Origin: Haliotis rufescens
Lineage: Eukaryota
Assembly: GCF_023055435.1 (NCBI RefSeq)
Contig: NW_025964372.1
Span: 49,414,001-49,478,000 of the forward strand
Direction: 5' to 3'
Length of the DNA: 64,000 nucleotides
The translations under genes and the position numbers were made by a program. Under the pieces are notes generated by a model that was not told where the DNA came from, searched no databases, and was given only the letters and a program-made list of their open reading frames with translations. Shown one piece after another: positions 53,001 through 64,000 of the stretch. Position 1 is the first letter of the stretch; every line of letters starts with the position of its first letter.

Positions 53001-54268
53001 CATGCATTTTGAATCTCTGTCCGAGTCATTATTAAGATAATTAGCAACTCTATCACATCGATTCAAGTAGATGAGGTGAATTGGGTTTAACGTCGCGTCC
53101 AAGATGATTGCACTTATATAGCGACGTGCATGTACGTGTGTGTGTTTGTGTGGCTGCTTGTACTAGTCCGGGCTGATGCCGATTTATAGTGCTAGCTCAA
53201 TGAGATACCATGCCGCAGTTTAACATGAATACCCCACTCAGACACAGTATACTGACTCCGAGCAGTCCTTGTTTTAGCCCCTTAATGCCGAGCGCCAGAC
53301 AGGGTAACAACACGTACCATCTTTTAACGTCTTTTGGTATGACGCGGTCGGGGATCGAATAGCGATCCTGCGATAGACGATGTGCAATTTTGTTCACTAG
53401 GATGGGTCGTATCGAGGATATTCGTGAACGATCATCAGTCAAACTCTCTGACCTTTCTCAATGCATTCTCAATGTATTCTCAATGTTCAAGATTAAAGCG
53501 TCTAAATGATCAGATGTTTGTGACAACAGGGGCGTGATTAAGACACCAAGACGTTCGTGCATAGCGGGAGTAAACCCCCCAATCAGACTACAGATTGGTG
53601 GCTGCTACTATTTTGCTACATTGGCTATGTATAGTTCGAGAAAGATAAAATAAGCCCAACATATGTGGAATACACTATAAACTATCAAATGATATCACAC
53701 ATACAGTCAGACGCCGTACAACTTGCTCACAGTGATCACAGTCCAGGAACAAACTAAAACGCCCCAACCCTAACCCCCTTATCCTCCTGAATTATATTTT
53801 TGGGCTGGCTGGGAAACCCATGCAGCTGTAAGAAAACAATTCGCCGAAACCATCACAGTTACTGTCACAACAATTAAAATACTGAGTGAACTCAGACATT
53901 AAGTATTAATATTTCTCCAGTGTTATCCACTCAGTGTATCAGTCGATATAGTTCTAAGTGAACGGTTGTCAATGTATCATTATTATAAGTGGACACACCT
54001 GACAGCACTGTGTTAACTGGGGGCGAGATATCTACAAATAACGAATCAATATCATGCAACGACACCTGAATATGGAAACTTTAAGTGTCGGCCACACGCG
54101 AAGAGACTATAACGTCATTATTTTATAGTCCCACGATGTTACAATATGAAATGACATCATTTGCAAATTAACAAATGCAGCCTGGTCAAAGTCCGAAGAT
54201 TCTGTTTGTGATACAATAAGCAGTGTAAATATTTTCCAAACTCCCATGCACACACACACGCAAACACA

Positions 54269-54308
<40 letters not shown>

Positions 54309-55223
54309 ATCAATCTCTTACCTTATGCACAGAGGGAAACGCTAGATCGGTACTTGTTCAAGTCATAATTAAAAATAATAGGTCAAAATATACAAACGAC
54401 AGTAGGAGTATTCGAAAGTAACAGAGGATTACAGAAATACAATAAGGTAAACAACCAAGAAAGACGACATGGGTGTATAGTTAAAAAATAAATGTTTGGG
54501 ATGGCGTGGTTCGAATCAATCTTCCAATGACAATTTGAGCGAGTCTTGTTCATTTTGTAGTCCCTGGCCTTGTTTGACTAACGTAGCAGGTTCCCTTTGA
54601 CGTCGGCGTACACTTCTCCCGATGATATCCCAGCGTGCGCTATGGTGTTTGTTTGTTTGTTGTTTAACGCCGCACTCAGCAATATTCCAGCTATATGACG
54701 GCGGTCTGTAAATCATCGGGTTTGGACCAGACATTCCAGTGATTAACATCATGAGCATCGATCAACGCAATTTGGATCGATGACATGCATCAACCAAGTC
54801 AGCGAGCCTGACCCCCCGATCCCGTTAGTCGCCTCTAACGACAAGCAGAGTCGCCTCTTACGGCAAGCATGCGTTGCTGAAGACCTATTCTATCCCGGAT
54901 TGCATTCACGCAAAGTGGAGACGTTACGTGTTACTGTAAATAATGAAAATCAACAATACCAACGGCTCGGCCCGATTTTGTTGACCTTTCAGCGTATGGT
55001 CATAAGTAAGCATGACCTCGCTGTAACCCACACGGAGGAAGTGCATAGTGTATGTGCAATGATTTGGGTGTGTTGGTGCGTCAGGTGGTTGTCCCCAAGC
55101 CGTTATATCTGTGGCAGAGAATGACCAGACTAGAATATTAGAAATTATTTAATCTTTGTGAATTTGTAATTCCCTCTATTTCCTTTTCAGGGTGCCACAA
55201 CACAACTTCCGGGACACCTGGAT
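50025..55223 (+). CDS. Gene B3 (partial): exons 50025-50033 (MGN) and 55191-55223 (GATTQLPGHLD); downstream exons not found in window
   Basis: ATGGGAAAC|GTAAGT lies 172 nt from the A3 ATG, the same geometry as B1/B2. A strong acceptor TTTCCTTTTCAG precedes a 33-nt phase-0 exon ending in GTGAGT, and GATTQLP resembles GSTKSFP. Confidence 0.55.
51466..51731 (+). mobile_element. Family-2 headless SINE-like element, full length (others: 27138-27208, 35914-36085, 45701-45900, 46750-46974, 54645-54900, 62800-63021)
   Basis: GACCCGTGAAGATCCGGGGTAGAATAGGTCTTC 5' end; ATATAGCTGGAATATTGCTGAGTGCGGCGTTAAAC(AAAC)n 3' end; no A/B boxes seen. Confidence 0.85.
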
Positions 55224-55544
55224 GTGAGTATGAAGCCAAAACAATGCTTTTGGGGCTATCAAGTATCTTCTTTCATCACTAACGTTGCACTTAATCATAA
55301 TATTCCAAAACATGAACGCATGCATTGGTTTATGTGGGGGTCCAAAGAGTTCTCTATATTTGAAGTTAACACGTCCCATTTTAATTCTGGAAACCCAAAA
55401 GTCCAGAAACTCTGCGGTCTTTGCCCAGTCTCGGTTAAAGGTATTTACAAAATTAAACATGCTGTTTTCATGGGAAAATACCAAGGAAGAAAAGATGAAA
55501 AAAAAATTGTTCAAAAACCCAATATTTACACTATGTCGCCCACG

Positions 55545-56400
55545 GGCCTGCCAATGGGCGAAGACTGGCCCATGGGTAGGCCCATGGGCAGGCCCATGGG
55601 CGAGAATATGTTCCTTTACCCAAAACTCATGTTTTTGTTTCGCAAATACATTAAATGTATTTATTCAAGTATCATGACACAAAATTTAACTCATTTTAAC
55701 TTAATTCAACGATTTTATAGCGATATTGAAATATTCTCGCCAATGGGCGAGAAAAAGGTTTGGCCCATGGGCGAGAAAATGTTCCTTTACTCAAAACTCA
55801 TGTTTTTGTTTCGCAAATACATTAAATGTATTTATTCAAGTATCATGACACAAAATGTAACAAAATTAAACTCATTTTAACTTAATTCAACTATTTTATA
55901 GCGATATTGAAATATTTCGCCCATGGGCGAGAAAAAGGTTTGGCCCATGGGCGAGAATATTTTCCTTTACTCAAAACTCATGTTTTTGTTTCGCAAATAC
56001 ATGCGGGTGTTCTTACCATTTTCATGGCACATAATGTAACACAATTTTACTTAATTCAGCTATTTTATGGCGTTATTGAAATATTTAGCCCATGGGCGAG
56101 AAAAGGTTTGGCCCATGGGCGAGAATATTTCCCTTTGCTCAAAACTCATGTTTTAGTGTCGCATATACATAAAGGTGTTCTTAGAAGTTTCATGTCACAT
56201 AATTTAACAAATTTTAACTTAATTCAACTATTTTACGGCGTTATTGAAATATTTCGCTCTGGACGAAAAAGATTGGCCCATGGGCGAGAATATTTTCCTT
56301 TGCTCAAAAGTTTTAGTTTCGCAAATACATAAAGGTGTGTCAACAAGCATGACACATGATTCTACTATTTTACGGCGTTATTAAAATATTTCGCCCATGT
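55545..56400. repeat. About 175-bp tandem repeat (GCCCATGGGCGAG-containing), about 4.5 units
   Basis: Recurring CCCATGGGCGAGAA...CAAAACTCATGTTTT...CGCAAATACAT...TTAATTCAAC blocks. Confidence 0.85.
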
Positions 56401-56924
56401 TTTCATCAGTCCCTTTAAAGCATCAACTAACCGTGTGCAAAGTATATTGTATCGTGTTAAATATACTTTATATTATATCATTACATTACTATTTAAAGAT
56501 ATACCTGCTGTCGGTCAATTATGATCTACCACACCACACGTGAATAAACAGTTATGCAGGTGTTGCCGTGGGGAAAAAAAACCTAGCCTGAAAATGTTTA
56601 TTTTTTTTGTGGATACATGTTTTACAAATGTTCGTTAATATGTGGATATATTAAGCACAAAGACAAACAAATGTTTATGAAAGATGAATTAGTGCCTTGA
56701 AATATTCATCAAGATGTGTATCATCGTTTAATGGGGTAGGTATGAAATATACAGGTACGCGTGCGCGTATTTTAATGAAAAAAACTATTCGTCTTTTATT
56801 GCATAACGTTTGGCTGAATATCTTACATTCTAACGAAATCTCGAAATAATTATTTAATTACATGCGGTGGCGAACTGACCAGTGGGAATTTTGTTTCAAT
56901 GCGATTGAGGAAAACGTGAGTGAA

Positions 56925-57905
56925 TATTGTGACACAATCGACTTTAAACCGCACAGATGTATCTTCAAATCTGTAACATCTATAGATTAGTATTATATCT
57001 ACCTATATACCACTTTATAATGTCACGGTACATCAGTATTTAAAGAAAACAAGGGGCTCAAAGTGAAGCACTTTTACCGTATTTTCTTATGAAAATCCAA
57101 GTCAGAAGTGTTCGGTCCGACTTGGCCCGTGCTGTCAAAATCAAATTAAACCTCACAGATGTGTCATCAAATGGATTCACATCTATAGATTAGTATTATA
57201 TCCACCTAAATACCACTTTATAGTGTCTCAGATGGCTGTACTTAAAGAAAACAAGGGGCTCAAAGTGAAGCCCTTTCCCCTCTATATTCTCAACATAGTC
57301 TCTATCAGAAGTGTTTGGCTTGTGTTGGGTCCGACTTGGCCCGGGCGGTGAAAATCGACTTTAAACACACAGATGTATCTTCAAACGTATTTACATCTAT
57401 AGAATAGTATTACATCTACCTATACACTACTTTATAATGTCCCAGTGTATCGCATTTAAAGAAATCTGAGCCGTTAAAGTCAAGCACTTTTACTATATTT
57501 TCTTAATACAAAATGTCAAAATCAAATTAAACCTCACAGATGTATCATCAAATGGATTCACATCTATAGCTAAGTATTATATCTACCTATATACCACTTT
57601 ATAATGTCACGGTACATCGTATTTAAAGAAAACAAGGGGCTCAAAGTGAAGCCCTTTCCCCTCTACATTCTCAACATAGTCTCGATCAGAAGTGTTTGGC
57701 TTGTGTTGGGTCCGACTTGGCCCGGGCTGTCAAAATCGACTTTAAACACACAGATGTATCTTCAAATGAGTTTACATCTATAGATTAGTATTAAATCTAC
57801 CTATGTACCACTTTATAATGTCACGGTACATCGTATTTAAAGAAAACAAGGTGCTCAAGGTGAAGCCCTTTCCCCTCTACAATCTCAACATAGTCTCTAT
57901 CAGAA
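56925..57905 (+). repeat. Satellite-like array, 175-190 bp units
   Basis: Units contain ATCTATAGATTAGTATTATATCTACC...AAGAAAACAAGGGGCTCAAAGTGAAGC. Confidence 0.85.
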
Positions 57906-59079
57906 GCTTGTATCTTCAACTCTGCACAGCGAAATCGCGGCGTCTTAGACGACTGGGCCACCCGTGCCCCCCGACACACAAGAGACTAAGTAACATTCAC
58001 GCACCATTGGGAATATCAAAGTAAGTTTATACAGCAAACTACGGTTATAACGAATTCAAATGGAACATTAATTGTAGATCGTAATGATTTAGTTCGCAAG
58101 ACAATGGGCAATGGGCAAGCATTGTGTCCTGGAGATGATGGAATCAAATTTCACACCAACCGTTAACTATGGCAAAACTCAACGATCGTGTCAATTATGC
58201 AAAGTGTCATTAATTTGACTTGGGGTGTGTTATTCATGATGCAGTGTAATATGATCTGGACAGTAAAGCAGTAGAATAACGTGAAACAAATTATTCATGA
58301 TAATTTCCGTCGTTGTGTTCATGGCTATTCACAGTGACAAACATAAACAGACGGCAGACTATCGTTGTCACAACATAATATCCCCTTGTTCAAGTTGGCG
58401 ATATAATTTATTCATCTGGAAGATATTGGAATTCAAACCACAGTGAATTACGCTACGCTTCAGTGCATTTTTACAAAATAAATCATATGAAACCCATACC
58501 TATTGCTGATGTGATCTCTGCTGTCACGTTGTCATTTCCAGTTTGGTTGTCTCAAACAACAATCAGTAACGTAATCAGTGGCGTTGCTTTTCAGAGGCCT
58601 ATTCGGGTGCTATTGTGGCCTTACAGTAATAGTGATCGCTAAGCACGCCGCAGACTCGAGTTCCATTTCAAATGTGTATCTTACTCATTCCAGAGAAAAA
58701 GTGTGTCAATGTAAACACAACAGGTTCTCAGGATTCAGATTTAAGTCCCAAAAGGAACAGAGGCTGTGTGTGTTTTGACTAAACACGTTATGCCATATAA
58801 CACAAGGCGGGATCTAAATATCCCCAAATCTAAAAAAATCAACAACAAAATTGTATTTATGTTAATGTTTTAATTCTTTAGTTACCGCGTCCCTTTCGCG
58901 CGTCAATGCGTTTATAGCAATTCCACTGTTGTAACAATTGTTATATCAACTGGTGCAGAGTCTTGGGGAAATGTAATGACTGCAATACAATCAAGCATGT
59001 CAGAAGAGATATGTCGTTCCTTTTGTGAAACCATTAAGGTCTGTAAGTGATCAATCACATATTCTTATTTGATAATATT

Positions 59080-61250
59080 TCTTAAGAAAATACAGTAAAA
59101 GAGCTTGACTTTAACGGCCCAGTTTTCTTTAAATGCCATACACTGTGACATTATAAAGTGGTATATAGGTAGATATAACACTAATCTATAGATGTAAACA
59201 CATTTGAAGATACATCTGTGTGTTTAAAGTAGATTTTTACCGCCCGGGCCAAGTCGGACCCAACACAAACAAGCCAAACACTTCTGATAAGAGACTATGT
59301 TGAGAATGTAGAGGGAAAAGGGCTTCACTTTGAGCCCCTTGTTTTCTCTAAATACCGCGATCTGACACACTATAAAGTGGTATTTAGGTAGATATAACAA
59401 TAGTCTATAGATGTAAACACATCTGAAGATACATCTGTGCGGTTTAATTTGATTTTGACAGCCCGGGCCAAGTCGGAACGAACACTTCTGACATAGATTG
59501 TCTTAAGAAAATACAGTAAAATGCTTCACTTTGAGCCCCTTGTTTTCTTTAAATACGATGTACTGTTACATTATAAAGTGGTATATACGTAGATATAATA
59601 CTAGTCTCTAGATGTCAAGACATTTGAAGATACATCTGTGTGTTTGAAGTTGATTTTGACAGTCTGGGCCAAGTTGGACCCAACACAATCACTTCTGATA
59701 GAGACTATGATGAGAGTGAGAGTGTAGAGGGAAAAGGGCTTCACATTGAGCCCCTTGTTTTCTATAAATACTGCGATCTGTGACATTATAAAGTGGTATA
59801 TAGGTAGATTTAATACTAATCTATAGATGTAAACACATTTGAAGATACATCTGTGTGTTTAAAGTTGATTTTGACCGCCCGGGCCAAGTCGGACCCAACA
59901 CAAGCCAAACACTTCTGATAGAGACTATGTTGAGAATGTAGAGGGAAAAGGGCTTCACTTTGAGCCCCTTGTTTTCTTTAAATACCGCGATCTGAGACAC
60001 TATAATGTGGTATTTAGGTAGATATAATACTAATCTATAGATGTGAATCCATTTGATGATACATCTGTGCGGTTTAATTTGATTTTGACAGCCCGGGCCA
60101 AGTCGGACCGAACACTTCTGACATAGATTTTCTTAAGAAAATAAAATAAAAATGCTTCACTTTGAGCCCCTTGTTTTCTTTCAATACGATGTACCGTGAC
60201 ATTATTAAGTGGTATATAGGTTGATTAAATACTAATCTATAGATGTAAACACATTTGATGATATATCTGTGTGTTTAAAGTAGATTTTGACAGCCCGGGC
60301 CAAGTCGGACCCAACACAAGCCAAACACTTCTGATAGAGACTATGTTGAGAATGTAGAGGGAAAAGGGCTTCACTTTGAACCCCTTGTTTTCTCTAAATA
60401 CCGCGATCTGAGACACTATAATGTGGTATTTAGGTAGATATAATACTAATCTATAGATGTGAATCCATTTGATAATACATCTGTGAGGTTTAAGTTGATT
60501 TTGACAGCCCGGGCCAAGTCGGACTGAACACTTCTGAAATAGATTTTCTTAAGAAAATACAATAAAAATGCTTCACTTTGAGCCCCTTGTTTTCTTTCAA
60601 TACGATGTACCGTGACATTATAAAGTGGTGTATAGGTAAATATAACACTATTCTATAGATGTAAACACATTTGAAGATACATCTGTGTGTTTAAAGTTGA
60701 TTTTGACCGCCCGGGCCAAGTCGGACCCAACACAAGCCAAACACTTCTGATAGAGACTATGTTGAGAATGTAGAGGGAAAAGGGCTTCACTTTGAACACC
60801 TTGTGTTCGTTAATTACAGCGATCTGAGACACTATAAAGTGGTAGTTTGGTGGATATAATATTAATTACTCAAGTGAATCCATTTGATGATACATCTGTG
60901 AGGTTTAAGTTGCTTTTGAGAGCCCGGGCCAAGTCGGACCGAACACTTCTGACATAGATTTTCTTAAGAAAATACAGTAAAAATACTTCACTTTGAGCCC
61001 CTTGTTTTCTTTAAATACGATGTACCGTGACATTATAAAGTGTTATATAGGTAGATATAACACTAATCTATAGATGTGAATCCATTTGATGATACATCTG
61101 TGAGGTTTAAGTTGATTTTGACAGCCCGGGCCGAACACTTGTGTGACTGTTGAGAGTATAGGGAGAAGAGGTCTACTTTAACCAACGTGTCTGCTTTAAA
61201 TACGACGAACAGTGACATTATAAAGTGGTATTTATTGAGATATAGTACGT
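59080..61250 (-). repeat. Same satellite in inverted orientation, about 12 units of alternating subtypes
   Basis: GCTTCACTTTGAGCCCCTTGTTTTCTTT...AATCTATAGAT is the reverse complement of the 56925-57905 units. Confidence 0.88.
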
Positions 61251-61584
61251 TCCTATAAATATAAACGCTATGCCGACAGATGGAAATTTGTATCACGATA
61301 GCTAGAAGTATTTGATACGTTTTAAATCTTATTTCGGTTAACGATTGCTCTTTTACAGGTTAGCTAGAACAGCGACGCTTACACACAGCTCCACTTTCTG
61401 GTTTTCAAGCGATTTACTCCGAATTACTTAATTATGGTGCACTTTTTTGTTTGGTGATTGTTCATTCATGTCATGTGTTTATATTGCATCAATTATATGA
61501 AGGTATGATCGCCGATAATCAAGTAATTAGCAAATAACACTTTGGCCCGTCTTGGTCCGGCCCGACGTTTAGGCAATGCCCTGT

Positions 61585-63861
61585 ACATGTATATTTTTTG
61601 TGGATACATGTATTACATATTTTCGTTGATATGTGGATATATTAAGCACAAAGGCACAAAAAGTTTATGAAAGATGAATTGGTGCCTTGATATATATATA
61701 TTCAACGAGAACGAATCTTGTATTTTCTCCGCGATCCTGATGTGTATCATCGTTTAATGGGTCATTCATTAAAAGTATGTTGTGAGGCGATATTAAAGGA
61801 GCCGCTCAATTTACACAGTGTCGTCCATTTCGCGTGAACTACCACCCCACCCTGTCAGTAAGAGTAATGTATCGGTACACAAATATATTTGGTGCGATGT
61901 CAGTGTGGAAGGAGTTTGAATTACGTCCGCCACTGGCCACAGAAATCCTCAAAGTAGAGTAACAATCAACAAGGCCAATGCCGTACTAATAACCTAGTGA
62001 CTCACGTAACAACGGCTGTCAATCTGTCTGCTACAGCTACCATACCATCATCCCTGTCACAACTGGCGTATTAACGGCTTATTCAAAATATTAATTGTAG
62101 AAACGTCGTTAACAGACTAAAGTACGTCGTATTCAGTCCTCATGATCAACTGGATGTTACCTTCCTTATATCATCTAACAGCCCTGTTTGTGAAAATATG
62201 TACAAGACATAAGATTTAAGCACTAATTAAATCAATTGTAAGACCGCATAGACCATAAAACCGAATAAAATATGTCTTGGTATCATCTCTTGTGTATTAG
62301 ATGATAGTAATGACCTGAAATGTTATAACGTGAGATTAAGAAGGAGAAACACTGAAGTGTTTTACAATACTTGGAAACATGAGCAATAACATGTAGCAGC
62401 ATAAACATGCATGGAATAGGGAAAATGGTGCAAACAAATTGAAAAGGATTTTAATACAAAATTATCAAACTAAATAAGTTGCCTGAACAGAAGGGGTACC
62501 CAAACTTGTTTGACAGTTATTCGTGTGTTGTAGACAGTCGAATGGGACTCATGTGTGTACGCAGGGTACGCATATCTATTGCCAGTTTTAGTACTCATAC
62601 ACTTTCTCTTTTTGTGTTGATATGATTTCTATTTTCGTACATGATATGATTTCATTTTTATCTTTGGCTGCTATGTTTATATATGTTCGAGTAGCTGTCT
62701 GTCCCTCATAAATTGACATTGCTGCCTCGGTATTGCATCTCTTGACTACAGGAGATCTACAGCATACAGGGGATCTAACTGCAATTCTGGGTTTGACACT
62801 TAGCAATATTTCAGCTGTATGACGGCGGTCTGTAAATAATCGAGTCTGGACCAGACAATCCAGTGATTGACATCATGTGCATCGATCCACGAAACTGGGA
62901 TATGATGACATGCATCAACCAAGTCAGCGAGCTTGACCACCCGATCCCGGTAGTCGCCTCTTACGACAAGCACTGTCGCCCTTTCACGCCAAGAATGGGT
63001 TGTTGAAGATCTTCACGGGTCTATTGACGCAGGGATATCTGTCGGAGACCTACCAAACTACCAAATTACCAAGTTTTATCATTAATATATTTTTTTTACA
63101 ATGCAAATACTTTAGTGATACATTTTTCAGAGGAGAGGGCATACAAACAAGTATATTGCTTCCATGTGTGAATGCAGGTTGTACTTGGCATCTCAGTTCT
63201 CAGTTTCATACCGGTTGTATATCTGAATTTGTATATTGAACCATGCGTACAGCATGACAATTACATGCTATTCGTCAGTCTACAACACACATAACATGGT
63301 CAAACAATTTTGGGCACCGCTTTTGCAAGTTATTTAGTACAATAATGTTTTATTAAAATCTACTTCAATTTGTTTTCATCATTTTCCCTATTGGCAGTCG
63401 TTGTTACGTGCGTCACTAGGTAATTAGTACGGCATTGACCTTGTTGATTGTTACTGTACTTTGAGGATTTCTGTGTCCAGTGGCGGACGTAATTCAAACT
63501 CCTTCCACACTGACATCGCATCAAATATATTTGTGTACCGATTACATAACTCTTATGGACAGGGTGGGGTGGTAGTTCACCGGACGACACTGTGTATATT
63601 GGGCGGCTCCTTTGATTGTTTATTGAATGACCCCCTTTAACGATGATACTCATCTTGATGAATATATCAAGGCACTAATTCATCTTTCATAAACATTTGT
63701 TTGTCTTTGTGCTTAATATATCCACATATCAACGAACATTTGTAAAATATGTATCCACAAAAAAAAAAAAAATTCAGGCTAGGTGTTTGCCCACAGCAAC
63801 ACCTGCATAACTGTTTATTCACGCGTGGTGTGGTAGATCGTAATTGACCGACAGCAGGTAT
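61585..63861. repeat. Large imperfect inverted duplication
   Basis: 61595-62015 is the reverse complement of about 63395-63750; 62415-62570 is the reverse complement of about 63235-63392; 63649-63861 is also inverted relative to 56501-56717. Confidence 0.75.
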
Positions 63862-64000
63862 TGTAGAATCACTTGTAAATAACGCCGACACTGTAATTAG
63901 ATACAACGTCCTAATGAGAATATGAGAATTATCATAAGAAGGCTGTTGTTTTTTTCTGAACTGTTACCATTTTCATACCCCAAGTGGCAATTCAGTTAAA

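Noticed and set aside
55224-56332. ORFs of 130-218 aa
   Set aside because: Run through a 175-bp tandem repeat, begin at an intron donor and show no recognisable domain.

Overview
Eukaryotic, repeat-rich invertebrate DNA. The SINE types and AT content suggest a mollusc, possibly a gastropod such as abalone (inference only). The ORF track misses the main gene structure, which I rebuilt by hand from splice signals. (1) A two-exon BTB-BACK-PHR (BTBD3/BTBD6-like) gene on the minus strand (8070-9925) has an in-frame TAG just before its intron. (2) Three tandem head-to-head cassettes lie between about 26.8 and 55.2 kb. Each has a minus-strand gene A (3 coding exons of 12, 45 and 285 nt; 113 aa; starts MGNT, a likely N-myristoylation signal) and a plus-strand gene B (9-nt first coding exon plus 27-33 nt phase-0 microexons). 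The two ATGs are only 172-267 nt apart. A and B share an ungapped 28-residue motif (R-x2-[IL]Q-x-C-x-S-x-L-x7-W-[KR][DN]A-x4-YG), so they look like distant paralogues of a family I do not recognise. B1 adds an amphipathic, Gly-rich C-terminal tail. The shared promoters carry kB-like, E-box, CRE and STAT/GAS-like motifs. The rest is SINEs (at least 4 families), decayed LINEs (I/Nimb, L2/CR1-like, L1/Tx1-like, R4/Dong-like, Penelope-like), a Tc1 remnant, MITEs, minisatellites and large inverted repeats. One headless SINE-like family carries a pseudoknotted 5' RNA motif that it shares with the I/Nimb LINE 5' UTR.
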